Assembly (NCBI GenBank): GCA_023476545.1
Contig: JAMCYP010000021.1
Span: 1-60,535 of the forward strand
From: Candidatus Marsarchaeota archaeon
GTDB lineage: Archaea; Micrarchaeota; Micrarchaeia; Micrarchaeales; CABMGC01
Direction of reading: 5' to 3'
Length of the DNA stretch: 60,535 nucleotides
Below are positions 46,579 to 55,388 of the stretch, in pieces. Under the pieces are notes generated by a model that was given only the letters and a program-made list of their open reading frames with translations, was not told the DNA's origin and did not search any database. Both the position numbers and the translations under genes were made by a program. Each line of letters opens with the position of its first letter. Position 1 is the stretch's first letter.

Positions 46579-47801
46579 CTCTCCAACAAACCCGTGAGCG
46601 TGCTCTTCACTTTCTCAAGGTCTTTGATGGCGACGAACTCGTTGGTCTTGTGTGCGCTCTCGTTAAAAGTACCATACGATACGGCCGGTATGCCTACTTT
46701 AACAAACGCAGAGGCGTCGTTGCCTCCGTGCCCACCGTAAAGCTGCTTGTCGCCCGTAAGCTGTACCATGCGCTTAACTATGTCCTCGTTTTCCGGGGTG
46801 ACGTACGGTTCTTTTTTCATGATGCTTTTCCGCTCAATCCAGATCTTTAGCCCTCCTTTTACCTCCGCGAGCCCCAGGTCTTTGAGATATCTGAGTTTCT
46901 CAGTCTCGAAGAACCTCTCGAACCGCTCAAACAAGCTGCCCACGCTGCCCTCTGGTATGCATCTTGCGTTGAACGATGCTGCCATCTCATAGGGTATGGT
47001 GTTTGTCACAGCCGGGTTTCCTGCATGTATCGTCGTGATGGAGAACCTACCGGTAAGCTTCCTATCGTACTCGTCTGGTCCCGCGTCAACATATCTGGAA
47101 ACATCGCGCTTTGCAATGTCGCTGAATTTGACGATTCTTTCTAAGAACGGCATACCCAACTGTATAGGATTTACTGCTCGGTGCGGCCAGCCTGCATGGT
47201 ATCCCTTTCCTGTTATCTTGATGGTCGCCCCAAAGCCCCCGCTTGCGCCTACGAACACAAACGGGTCAGCGTCAACAACTACCGCAGACCGGCTTCTTGA
47301 CTTGAAGTGGTCTACAACATAGTCCATGCCGTCAGCAGACCCCACCTCCTCATCGCAGGTCAAGAAGAGTTCTATGTTTGTGCTTGGGCTTGAATCTCTG
47401 ATTGCAGAGAGAATGGCTACAATTGCCCCTTTGTCATCATTGGTTCCGCGACCATACAGCCTGCCATTTTTTTCTACAACTTTGAGAGGGTCTGTGCGCC
47501 ATCCTTCAGAGCTTGTGTCAACGGTGTCGTAGTGCGCGTTTAAAGCCAGGGTGTGCTCGGCTCCGTTATCGAAATATGCCACAATATTTCTCTTTGCCTT
47601 CTTTTCAGCCTCTTTCGGAGTGATGATGTTGATGCGAGTGGCGCCCAGCGACCGGCATTCCTTCTGCAAGAGCTCTGTTATGGCGGTGTAGCCCTCTCCG
47701 CCTTTGCCGTCTTTTATGGCACCGGTTTCCGTAGCTGTGTCTATGGCCACCAATTCCTTCAGAAAGGAGATGTCAGATTCTTTTATCTTTGGCTGGATCA
47801 C
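46572..47801 (-). CDS. M20 family metallo-amidohydrolase (ArgE/DapE-like)
   Basis: NAHYDTV, LYGRGTNDDKG, DEEVG, GYHA, GGNDA, AHKTNE. Confidence 0.92.
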   Translation of the reverse strand: MIQPKIKESDISFLKELVAIDTATETGAIKDGKGGEGYTAITELLQKECRSLGATRINIITPKEAEKKAKRNIVAYFDNGAEHTLALNAHYDTVDTSSEGWRTDPLKVVEKNGRLYGRGTNDDKGAIVAILSAIRDSSPSTNIELFLTCDEEVGSADGMDYVVDHFKSRSRSAVVVDADPFVFVGASGGFGATIKITGKGYHAGWPHRAVNPIQLGMPFLERIVKFSDIAKRDVSRYVDAGPDEYDRKLTGRFSITTIHAGNPAVTNTIPYEMAASFNARCIPEGSVGSLFERFERFFETEKLRYLKDLGLAEVKGGLKIWIERKSIMKKEPYVTPENEDIVKRMVQLTGDKQLYGGHGGNDASAFVKVGIPAVSYGTFNESAHKTNEFVAIKDLEKVKSTLTGLLESY

Positions 47802-47914
47802 GCATTACACCTTTGTCTCCCATTTGATTATCTGCGCAAGCATTTACTGTTGAAAGAAGGGTTTGTACTTAATAAGAATTGCCTTTATACGTGATATGAA
47901 AGCAATTTGTACAA

Positions 47915-47988
47915 TGCCGCAGGCCGGATTTGAACCAGCAACGTTCCGCTCTTCAGGCGGATGTTCTCCCGGGTTGAACTACTGCGGC
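47915..47988 (-). tRNA. tRNA-Phe(GAA)
   Basis: Reverse complement GCCGCAG..TCCGC-CTGAAGA-GCGGA..GGTTCAAATCC..CTGCGGCA. Confidence 0.95.
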
Positions 47989-48005
47989 ACAGAAAAACAT
48001 CACGC

Positions 48006-48659
48006 TCAATTTATATATAATCTCTTGTAAGCTTTAAACTTTGCAAGATGCTTCTTATTCGAAAATCCAATTTCGTTCATCCATTTTATCAGCATCGGTT
48101 TCCCATAAATTGCAACTCTGTATCCGTTTTTAGTGGTCGCATCGCCTCTTGTATGCGCTCTGAATCCTTTTGAATTCAATAGCTCTTCTAGCTGCATCGC
48201 TAGTTTTTCGCTCATTGTAGTCAATTCGAGTGTGGGATAAGACCTTGTGCTATAGGTCTTTTTACTGAAGAATACGGTTCCATCAGTATCCCAAAGGCCT
48301 CTCACTGTCCATTTTGAATATTTCCAGCCCTTTTCCATAATCGTCTTAGGGATCATTATCTTCCTAGCTTTTCCTGAACCGTGTGGAATTCCAAGTTCAG
48401 TTAAGTTGTTAAATGCGCTTTCTGACTGCAATCTAAGTGTTATCCAATTATGTCCATTGAAATGTCTTACCCTTATTGGATAAGGTTCCTTGTCAAACAA
48501 ATGGTGCATTTTCCTGCGTAGATATAGAAAGTAGTCCTTATCATTACTCGAATCTCCAGTCATCTCAATTCTGTATCTGGAACCATCTGTCCAGAGGTTT
48601 CCATCGCCCATCACCGCTCCGGCAATTTCACACAGGTCTTGTGTTATTTTCGCAGCCAA
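48006..48659 (-). CDS. free-standing LAGLIDADG homing endonuclease-like protein
   Basis: Two motifs, EIAGAVMGDG and VRGLWDTDG, plus IGFSN.KH; strongly AT-rich. Confidence 0.88.
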   Translation of the reverse strand: MAAKITQDLCEIAGAVMGDGNLWTDGSRYRIEMTGDSSNDKDYFLYLRRKMHHLFDKEPYPIRVRHFNGHNWITLRLQSESAFNNLTELGIPHGSGKARKIMIPKTIMEKGWKYSKWTVRGLWDTDGTVFFSKKTYSTRSYPTLELTTMSEKLAMQLEELLNSKGFRAHTRGDATTKNGYRVAIYGKPMLIKWMNEIGFSNKKHLAKFKAYKRLYIN

Positions 48660-48699
48660 ATAATCACAATAGTCTTAATTCTTAAGCAAGTAGAGATTT

Positions 48700-50262
48700 A
48701 TGATACTAATGTCTGTCGATGAAAGATGGCTCAAACTTGGGTCTCTGGCAGAGCTTCTCAACCTCGATGGGGTGGAGTTCCGCCAGTACCAGTTCAACAT
48801 AATCAGCTCCGTTCTCAAGCACGGCAGCACGCTGGTCGTGCTGCCTACGGGCCTAGGCAAGACGCTTATCGGCCTGTCGGTTATCGCAAGCGAGATAGAG
48901 CAGGGCAGACGTGCGCTCCTTCTCGCGCCAACGCGTCCGCTATCCGAGCAGCACTACGCCACCGTGATGAGTGCCATGAAGCTGCCCGAGGAGAGCGTGG
49001 CGCTTCTTCTGGGCTCGGTGGGAAAGAAGCGGAGGAAGGAGCTCGAGCAGAGCGCCAAGCTGATAATAGCGACGCCGCAGACCATAGCCAACGACCTCAA
49101 GTCAGGCAACTTCTCCCTCGCTGATTTTGGAGTGGCGGTCTTCGATGAGTGCCATCGCGCCGTAGGAAAGTACGCATACACTTACATAGCAAACGAGCTT
49201 GCGGTCAGGAATGCGCTTGTGCTGGGGCTTACCGCCTCGCCGGGAAGCAAGAAGGAGAAGATAAACGCGCTCGTTGGCACGCTAAACATAAAGCACATTG
49301 AGGCGCGCATCTCCACCGACCCGGACGTCGTCTCGTACGTGATGCCTAAGTACATGCACGTGGTCAGCGTGCCGCAGAGTTCTACGATAAAGAGCATAGC
49401 CGCGACGCTCAAGCCCGTCGGAGAGGAGAGCCTCGCGAGCCTGAACAAGATGGGGCTCATGAACGCGAAGAACTTCGACCGCATACCGAGGGGTGTGCTG
49501 ATCGCGCTCGGCAACTCGCTCAAGAAGATAAGCGCGCCAGGGTTCAGGTTCGGCGCCTTCTTCAGCTACGTCAAGCTGCTCAACATCTCCCACGCGTACG
49601 ACCTGCTCATGACTGAGGGCATCTACCCCTTCAGCGCGTACATGGACTCGCTCACCGCCCGGGAGGAGAAGAGCCGCGCCGTTGAGAACCTCCTGGCCAA
49701 CAAGAACGTGACGCACGCCATGGCGCTGGCGAAGGAGGCAATAAAGCGCGGGGAGGAGCACGAGAAGGTCAAGGCCGCGATCTCAGTGCTGAAGCAGTAC
49801 AGCGGAAAGAGCGCAATAGTCTTCGTGCAGTATAGGTCTACGATAAAGATGCTCGTCGACGCGTTCCAGGCGAGCGGCATAGACGCGATGCCGTTCGTCG
49901 GCAAGAAGGAGGGAGTGACGCAGGAGAAGCAGAAGAAGGTGATCGAAGAGTTCAGGAACGGGAAGTTCAGCGTGCTGGTCGCCAGCTCCATAGGCGAGGA
50001 GGGCCTCGACATACCCAGCGTAGACCTGGTGCTCTTCTACGAGCCCATACCTAACGAGATACGCAACATACAGCGCAAGGGTCGCACCGCAAGATTCCGG
50101 GCAGGCGACGTCTACATACTTGCGGCGCAGGGCACCAAGGACGAGATATACCTGCACGTGTCCGCTGCGAGGGAGAAGAAGATGCTCTACCTGATAAACG
50201 AGATAAACAGAGAACTCGCGCGCCAGGCCGCTCATGAAGGGCAGACGAGGCTACGGGCATAA
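48700..50262 (+). CDS. Hef/FANCM(Mph1)-like DEAH helicase without nuclease domain
   Basis: PTGLGKT, DECHRAVG.YAY, LTASPG, SIGEEGLDIP, QRKGRT. Confidence 0.92.
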   Translation: MILMSVDERWLKLGSLAELLNLDGVEFRQYQFNIISSVLKHGSTLVVLPTGLGKTLIGLSVIASEIEQGRRALLLAPTRPLSEQHYATVMSAMKLPEESVALLLGSVGKKRRKELEQSAKLIIATPQTIANDLKSGNFSLADFGVAVFDECHRAVGKYAYTYIANELAVRNALVLGLTASPGSKKEKINALVGTLNIKHIEARISTDPDVVSYVMPKYMHVVSVPQSSTIKSIAATLKPVGEESLASLNKMGLMNAKNFDRIPRGVLIALGNSLKKISAPGFRFGAFFSYVKLLNISHAYDLLMTEGIYPFSAYMDSLTAREEKSRAVENLLANKNVTHAMALAKEAIKRGEEHEKVKAAISVLKQYSGKSAIVFVQYRSTIKMLVDAFQASGIDAMPFVGKKEGVTQEKQKKVIEEFRNGKFSVLVASSIGEEGLDIPSVDLVLFYEPIPNEIRNIQRKGRTARFRAGDVYILAAQGTKDEIYLHVSAAREKKMLYLINEINRELARQAAHEGQTRLRA

Positions 50263-50343
50263 CCCTGTTATGCAGCATACGCCCATCGTCTAACTGCCTA
50301 CCGTCGTTTAAAAATACAGTTTGAGTTATCCTACCGACCATTC

Positions 50344-52005
50344 ATGTCCAACACCAGAGAGGTAGGCATAAGCGACCTTCAGATCTACGCGCCAAAGCTC
50401 AGGCTGAAGGCTGAGACGCTGGCGCTCGCTAGAGGGAGGGAGCCTGGAGGCCTGACCGAGGGGCTGGGAGTCAAGACCATAGCCAGGCCAAATGCCGATG
50501 AAGACGTCGCGACTATGGGCGCAAACGCGGCTATCAAGGTCATAGACAGAAACGATGTTGACCTTCACAAGATCAAGGTTAGGATAGGCACCGAGAGCGC
50601 AATCGACGACTCGAAGCCTGCAAGCACCTATTTCTATGATGCGCTGGAGGTCAGGTATGGGAAGACGGCAAACTACACCCTTCCTGTCGAGAACAAGTTT
50701 GCGTGCGTGGCAGGCCTGAGCGCGGTGAAAGACGCGGCGTACGCGGCGACCGCCGCCGGCGAACGCACTATAGTCATAACCTCGGACAACGCAAAGTACG
50801 CACTGAAATCCGCCGGGGAACCGACTTCCGGAGCTGGAGCAAGCGCCATACTGGTGGAGCCGGATCCAAAGCTGCTTGCGATAGACCTGTCAACGGTGAA
50901 GGAGTTCACAATAAACGAGTACGATTTCTACAAGCCCAAGTTCACCTCTGATTCTGACACGCTCATAGGAAGCGAGAGCCCGCATGTAGACGGCGCGCAT
51001 TCTGAGATCGTATACGATTTCGTGGTATCTACTGTGTATATGCAGATAGAGGAACAGGCGGGGAGGAGCCTGTTCGACGTTGCTGACTACTTCGTTGTGC
51101 ATGTCCCATTCGTGAAGATGGCGAAGAAGGCGTTCGCTTCCGCAGTGGTGCATCAGCTCAAGGCATTCGACAAGGAGAGATGGGAAACGGTGCTGGCAGA
51201 AGCGCTGCAGTACGACGCCGAGGCTGCCGCGAAGAGCAGCACCGGCAGGAAGGCGCTCACAGAGGAGCCACGCCTTGACGGCCTGTCCACATATCACGAA
51301 TCACTTGAAGCGATACTCGCGTTCGCAAAGGTCAACGAGGTGCTTGAGAGGAACAACGAAGCTGCGCTTCACGGCAGGAACCACAACAGGCAGGAGCTTC
51401 TCCACAACCTGGAAAAGCTTGAGGGCAAGTTCGGCTTCGGGTGGGAGTACCCTGCCCTGACCGAGATCGTGAGGCATTTCGATTCGTACTCAAACGCAGA
51501 GATAAAGACGGCGCTTGAGGACATTGCGGAGGAGATCGGGCAGTTCAAGGAGGACAGGGCCAACTTCATCCGCGCGATAATGAAGACCTCGTACTACAAG
51601 GAGATGTACAAGAAGAAGGCGGAGAGCGCGCAACACATCTCCGGATTCCTCGGCAACGGCTATACCACCTCTGTCATGTTTGCGTTGCAGTCAGCGCTCG
51701 TGGAGGAGTCGAAGAAGGGCGTGGACCTTGCAGGAAAGAGGGTACTGATCATAGGCTATGGGAGCGGCGCGGGAAGCGTGGGCTTCCTGGCAACGATAAA
51801 GGAGGGCGTGCGCGACTATGCGAAGAGCACTGACAGCGCGTGGTCAGATGAGGTAACGTTCATAGACATGAACACTTATGAGCAGCTGCACGCCGGCAGG
51901 CTGCAGGATCCGGTTCCTGAGATACGCAACGACGACAAAAGCGTAAGGCTGACGGCGATATTCCGCGATGGGAAGAGAAGTTACGCGGTCAACCGCAGGA
52001 GATGA
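50344..52005 (+). CDS. hydroxymethylglutaryl-CoA synthase with large insertion
   Basis: GTESAIDDSK (Glu), KFACVAG (Cys), GEPTSGAGA, HVPF (His), GNGYT, GYGSG. Confidence 0.88.
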   Translation: MSNTREVGISDLQIYAPKLRLKAETLALARGREPGGLTEGLGVKTIARPNADEDVATMGANAAIKVIDRNDVDLHKIKVRIGTESAIDDSKPASTYFYDALEVRYGKTANYTLPVENKFACVAGLSAVKDAAYAATAAGERTIVITSDNAKYALKSAGEPTSGAGASAILVEPDPKLLAIDLSTVKEFTINEYDFYKPKFTSDSDTLIGSESPHVDGAHSEIVYDFVVSTVYMQIEEQAGRSLFDVADYFVVHVPFVKMAKKAFASAVVHQLKAFDKERWETVLAEALQYDAEAAAKSSTGRKALTEEPRLDGLSTYHESLEAILAFAKVNEVLERNNEAALHGRNHNRQELLHNLEKLEGKFGFGWEYPALTEIVRHFDSYSNAEIKTALEDIAEEIGQFKEDRANFIRAIMKTSYYKEMYKKKAESAQHISGFLGNGYTTSVMFALQSALVEESKKGVDLAGKRVLIIGYGSGAGSVGFLATIKEGVRDYAKSTDSAWSDEVTFIDMNTYEQLHAGRLQDPVPEIRNDDKSVRLTAIFRDGKRSYAVNRRR

Positions 52006-52103
52006 TGGACGACGATCGCCGTTTTGCATCTATGATACACGTTTATCATAAATACGTTTAAATAGGAGGAAAGCCATAACAGAGATACGGAGGGTGGGGA
52101 TGG

Positions 52104-52367
52104 ATGGGAACAAAAACAAGCATGAGCGAACAGCAAGTTCCCGAGGTTGGCCTGCAAATTTTAAGGCCGGCCACAGGGATAAGCGGTCGCCATATCGCCG
52201 AGCTCAGGAGCGAGGCAATGGGATACCCTGAAAGGAGGGCAAGCATCATACAGACCCTCGAGGGGTACATGGCGCAGTGCAGGGGCACAAGAAAGGCGGA
52301 GGCCGCGTGCAACGCGGTGACCTCCATAATGGCTGTCAGCATGCTGGAGATACTGCAAGAGGACTGA
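52104..52367 (+). CDS. hypothetical protein
   Basis: 87 aa ORF with upstream TTTAAAATA and a downstream hairpin. Confidence 0.45.
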   Translation: MGTKTSMSEQQVPEVGLQILRPATGISGRHIAELRSEAMGYPERRASIIQTLEGYMAQCRGTRKAEAACNAVTSIMAVSMLEILQED

Positions 52368-52377
52368 AACTACTGCG

Positions 52378-52398
52378 GCAGGCCCGCGATGGGCCTGC
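52378..52398. terminator. GC-rich hairpin (possible terminator or processing site)
   Basis: GCAGGCCC-GCGAT-GGGCCTGC perfect 8-bp stem, 10 nt after the stop at 52367. Confidence 0.35.
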
Positions 52399-52435
52399 TG
52401 CTCTGATTTAAATACTTTTTTTGAGCTTTATCAGC

Positions 52436-53302
52436 ATGGATGCCAATACTCAGCAGGGCGCGCAACAGCAACACGCGGCAAAACCCTCGCTCTTCTCAAA
52501 CAAGAAGGTGCTCTACGGAGCCATACTTGTCCTGATAATAGCCGTTGTCATAGCTCTTGTGCTGACAAACGGCAGCGGAAATGCGGGCAGCCAGCTCGCA
52601 GTGTTTGACGGGCAGCCGGTACCCCAGGCGATTATCTCGCAGCTTGCCGTGCCGAACAGCGTCGCTGCCAGCGTGAAGACAGGCTTCGCTTCAAACTTTC
52701 CAAAGCCGGTAAACGGCACAGCGCTCGTGGTGAACGGGAAGCCTGAGGTGCTCTACATGGGAGCGGAGTACTGCCCCTACTGCGCGATAGAGAGATGGGG
52801 CCTGATAATCGCGCTCATGCGCTTCGGAAACTTCACCGGCATAGAGTACATGACGAGCAGCGCCACGGATTCGTTTGCGAACACGCCCACGTTCACATTC
52901 GTCAATTCCACGTACTCCAGCCCGTACATAAGTTTCGTGCCTGTGGAGATGGTCAACAACAAGATCAATCCGAGCACGGGCCAGTACTCGCCGCTGCAGC
53001 ATCCCAACTCAAGCGAGCAGGCGATACTGTCTAAGTACAATCCAGTGGGCAGCATACCCTTCATCGACTTCGCCAACAGCGCGGTTCAGATAGGGGCGAA
53101 CTACAACGACCCAACGATACTTGACGGCAGGAACTGGAGCACTATAGCGGCATCGGCCAACGACCCTACCAGCACGATCTCCATGGCAGTAGTCGGAGCT
53201 GCGAACATCGCCACAGCGCAGATCTGCATGCTCACGAACAACACGCCGGCTAGCGTCTGCGGGCAGAGCTACATCTCCACCATAGAGACCGAGCTTGGCT
53301 GA
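52436..53302 (+). CDS. DUF929 family membrane-anchored thioredoxin-like protein
   Basis: [34 protein letters not shown]. Confidence 0.85.
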   Translation: MDANTQQGAQQQHAAKPSLFSNKKVLYGAILVLIIAVVIALVLTNGSGNAGSQLAVFDGQPVPQAIISQLAVPNSVAASVKTGFASNFPKPVNGTALVVNGKPEVLYMGAEYCPYCAIERWGLIIALMRFGNFTGIEYMTSSATDSFANTPTFTFVNSTYSSPYISFVPVEMVNNKINPSTGQYSPLQHPNSSEQAILSKYNPVGSIPFIDFANSAVQIGANYNDPTILDGRNWSTIAASANDPTSTISMAVVGAANIATAQICMLTNNTPASVCGQSYISTIETELG

Positions 53303-53306
53303 GCGC

Positions 53307-53723
53307 ATGTCAAGGGAACTCGGCAAGAAACTCCATTACGCGCAGATTGCGCTCGCGATAATAGGGCTCCTCTCATCGCTCTATCTCTCCTACTCCGCCG
53401 CCTTCAACGTGCAGGTCGCGTGTCCCACTACCGGAGTGATAAACTGCGCCAACGTGCTAAGCAGCCAGTACGCGAAGATCTTCGGCGTGCCGAATGGCTA
53501 CCTCGGTGTCCTCTTCTTCATCGCGGTGCTCGGGCTCATCTATCTTAAGAAACAAGAGCCGCTCGCGCTGCTCAACGCGGTTGGTGCTGGTTTCGTGGCA
53601 TACTTCCTATACGCCGAGTACCTCATAGGCAGCATCTGCATCTATTGCACACTTGTGCACATCTGCACCATATGCCTGCTCGCCATCTCTGTCTATGAGC
53701 TGCGCGGCGCTACAGGAACTTGA
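53307..53723 (+). CDS. vitamin K epoxide reductase (VKOR) family protein
   Basis: C.....NC..VL.S.Y..IFGVP, CIYC. Confidence 0.92.
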   Translation: MSRELGKKLHYAQIALAIIGLLSSLYLSYSAAFNVQVACPTTGVINCANVLSSQYAKIFGVPNGYLGVLFFIAVLGLIYLKKQEPLALLNAVGAGFVAYFLYAEYLIGSICIYCTLVHICTICLLAISVYELRGATGT

Positions 53724-54369
53724 AGTTGAGAAGCAGGAGCCTCACCCCGTCCACGAACTTCATCTGCTTGCTTGTGCCGACGCGAACGCTGTAGCCTATC
53801 GGCGTCTCCTCTATGCGCAGTCCTGCTTTTCTCGCCTTTATGTTTATCTCGCTCTCTATCCCGAAGCCGTTCTCCCGCAGCCCCAACGCCTTTATCGAAG
53901 CGGTGCGCATCGCGCGCAGGCCTGTCTGCGAGTCGTGTATGTGCATGCCGTATAGCGCGTTGGCCACCAACGTGATTATCTTGTTCCCCACCTCTATGAA
54001 GAATGGCATCGCCTTCCTGTCCAGTTTCTCGAACCTGTTTCCGAGCGCGAGGTCTGCGCCCTGCCTCACCATCTCAACGACGGTCTTCAGCGAATCCACC
54101 GGATAGGTGGCATCCCCGTCTATGAGGCAGAAGATCCGCGTGCCTATGCTCTGCATCGCAGCCCTCACGGCTGCACCCTTGCCAGAGTCCTTCTGCTCCT
54201 CCACCCTCATCCGGGGGTCGTCGAAGTCTATGTTCAGCCTGCTCCTGTCGCCCTTGTATACAACAACCACGCTTGCACCAGGCAGTTTCGCGAGCGTTTC
54301 CTTGGCAACGCTTCCTGCTGCAGGCTCGTCCTTCACCGGTATCAGGATCGTTGTATCTGAGTAGTCCAT
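53710..54369 (-). CDS. glycosyltransferase family 2 (DPM-synthase-like)
   Basis: GKGAAV, IDGDATY, DSQTGLRA, FGIESE. Confidence 0.9.
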   Translation of the reverse strand: MDYSDTTILIPVKDEPAAGSVAKETLAKLPGASVVVVYKGDRSRLNIDFDDPRMRVEEQKDSGKGAAVRAAMQSIGTRIFCLIDGDATYPVDSLKTVVEMVRQGADLALGNRFEKLDRKAMPFFIEVGNKIITLVANALYGMHIHDSQTGLRAMRTASIKALGLRENGFGIESEINIKARKAGLRIEETPIGYSVRVGTSKQMKFVDGVRLLLLNFKFL

Positions 54370-54479
54370 CAGAATCAGCCGCGTAACGACGCAAAGGGTG
54401 ATACGTCTGGCAAGTTTTTAATACTTGCATGCCGTGAGTCGCGCCATAGCTTCTTATTTCTTAAAAGAGAATAGGGTGC

Positions 54480-55301
54480 ATGGACTACTCTACGCTGGGG
54501 AAGACAGGCAAACGGCTGAGCGAGATCGGGCTTGGGACCTGGAAGCTCGGAGCCAACGAGGCCGGCGAGATAGAGGCGCTCCGGGCGGGGATCGACTCAG
54601 GGATAAACTTCATAGACACTGCGGAGATATACGGAACGGAGCCGATAGTCGCCAAGGCGATCGCAGGCAGGGAGAACCTGTTCATAGCCACAAAGGTATC
54701 GCCCACGCACTTCCACTACGACGACGTTCTGAGATCCTGCGACGCGAGCCTGCAGAGGCTGGGGGTGAGCAACATAGACCTCTACCAGCTGCACTGGCCA
54801 AACCGCGACGTCCCGATAGATGAGACCATGCGCGCAATGGAGAAGCTAGTGGCCGATGGAAAGATACGCCATATCGGTGTCAGCAACTTCTCTGTGAAGG
54901 AGATGGAGGCGGCGCAGGCTGCGCTCAAGAGCAACGAGATAGTGTCGAACCAGGTCGAGTACAGCATGCTGGTCAGGGAGCCTGAGCTGGGGCTCGCGGA
55001 TTACTGCAGGAAAGAACAGGTTAGCATAATCGCCTACAGCCCTCTCGCGCGTGGTCACCTGCTCGACTCCGAGTACTCGAAGCTCAAGGAAATGCTGGGA
55101 GAGATAGGTAAGAAGCATGGCAAGACCGCCACGCAGGTCAGCGTCAACTGGCTGATAAGCAAGGGCAACGTGATACCGATACCGAAAGCGGCAAAGAAGG
55201 AGCACGTGATCGAACTGGTTGGCGCGGCAGGATGGAGGCTGAGCAAGGAAGAGATGGCTTCGATAGACGCTTTTTTATCCAGTACCACAGGCGCTCGTTA
55301 G
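54480..55301 (+). CDS. aldo/keto reductase (may extend to 55387 in the -1 frame)
   Basis: GLGTW, IDTAEIYG, TKV, DLYQLHWP, IGVSNF, NQVEY, AYSPL, IPK. Confidence 0.95.
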   Translation: MDYSTLGKTGKRLSEIGLGTWKLGANEAGEIEALRAGIDSGINFIDTAEIYGTEPIVAKAIAGRENLFIATKVSPTHFHYDDVLRSCDASLQRLGVSNIDLYQLHWPNRDVPIDETMRAMEKLVADGKIRHIGVSNFSVKEMEAAQAALKSNEIVSNQVEYSMLVREPELGLADYCRKEQVSIIAYSPLARGHLLDSEYSKLKEMLGEIGKKHGKTATQVSVNWLISKGNVIPIPKAAKKEHVIELVGAAGWRLSKEEMASIDAFLSSTTGAR

Positions 55302-55388
55302 CGAGCGTGCTGAAGCCCGCGATGGGCGCGCATCCCTTCCTGACAAAGGCGCTGACCTGGCTGGGAGGCATACGCTTCAAAAAATAGG

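Noticed and set aside
39731-47915. att repeat of the tRNA-Phe 3' end bounding the TrpRS cluster
   Set aside because: I found no copy of the tRNA-Phe 3' end near 39730 and no integrase, so the block is not called a mobile element.
48700-50262. Hef lacking the ERCC4 nuclease, with the LAGLIDADG as an escaped intein
   Set aside because: Helicase-only Hef homologues are not rare, and the endonuclease is on the opposite strand with no splicing motifs.
34213-52367. Similar N-termini in several accessory proteins (MQTK, MSTRQK, MGTKT, MSNTR) as a shared targeting signal
   Set aside because: Too short and degenerate to distinguish from ordinary N-terminal composition bias without genome-wide statistics.
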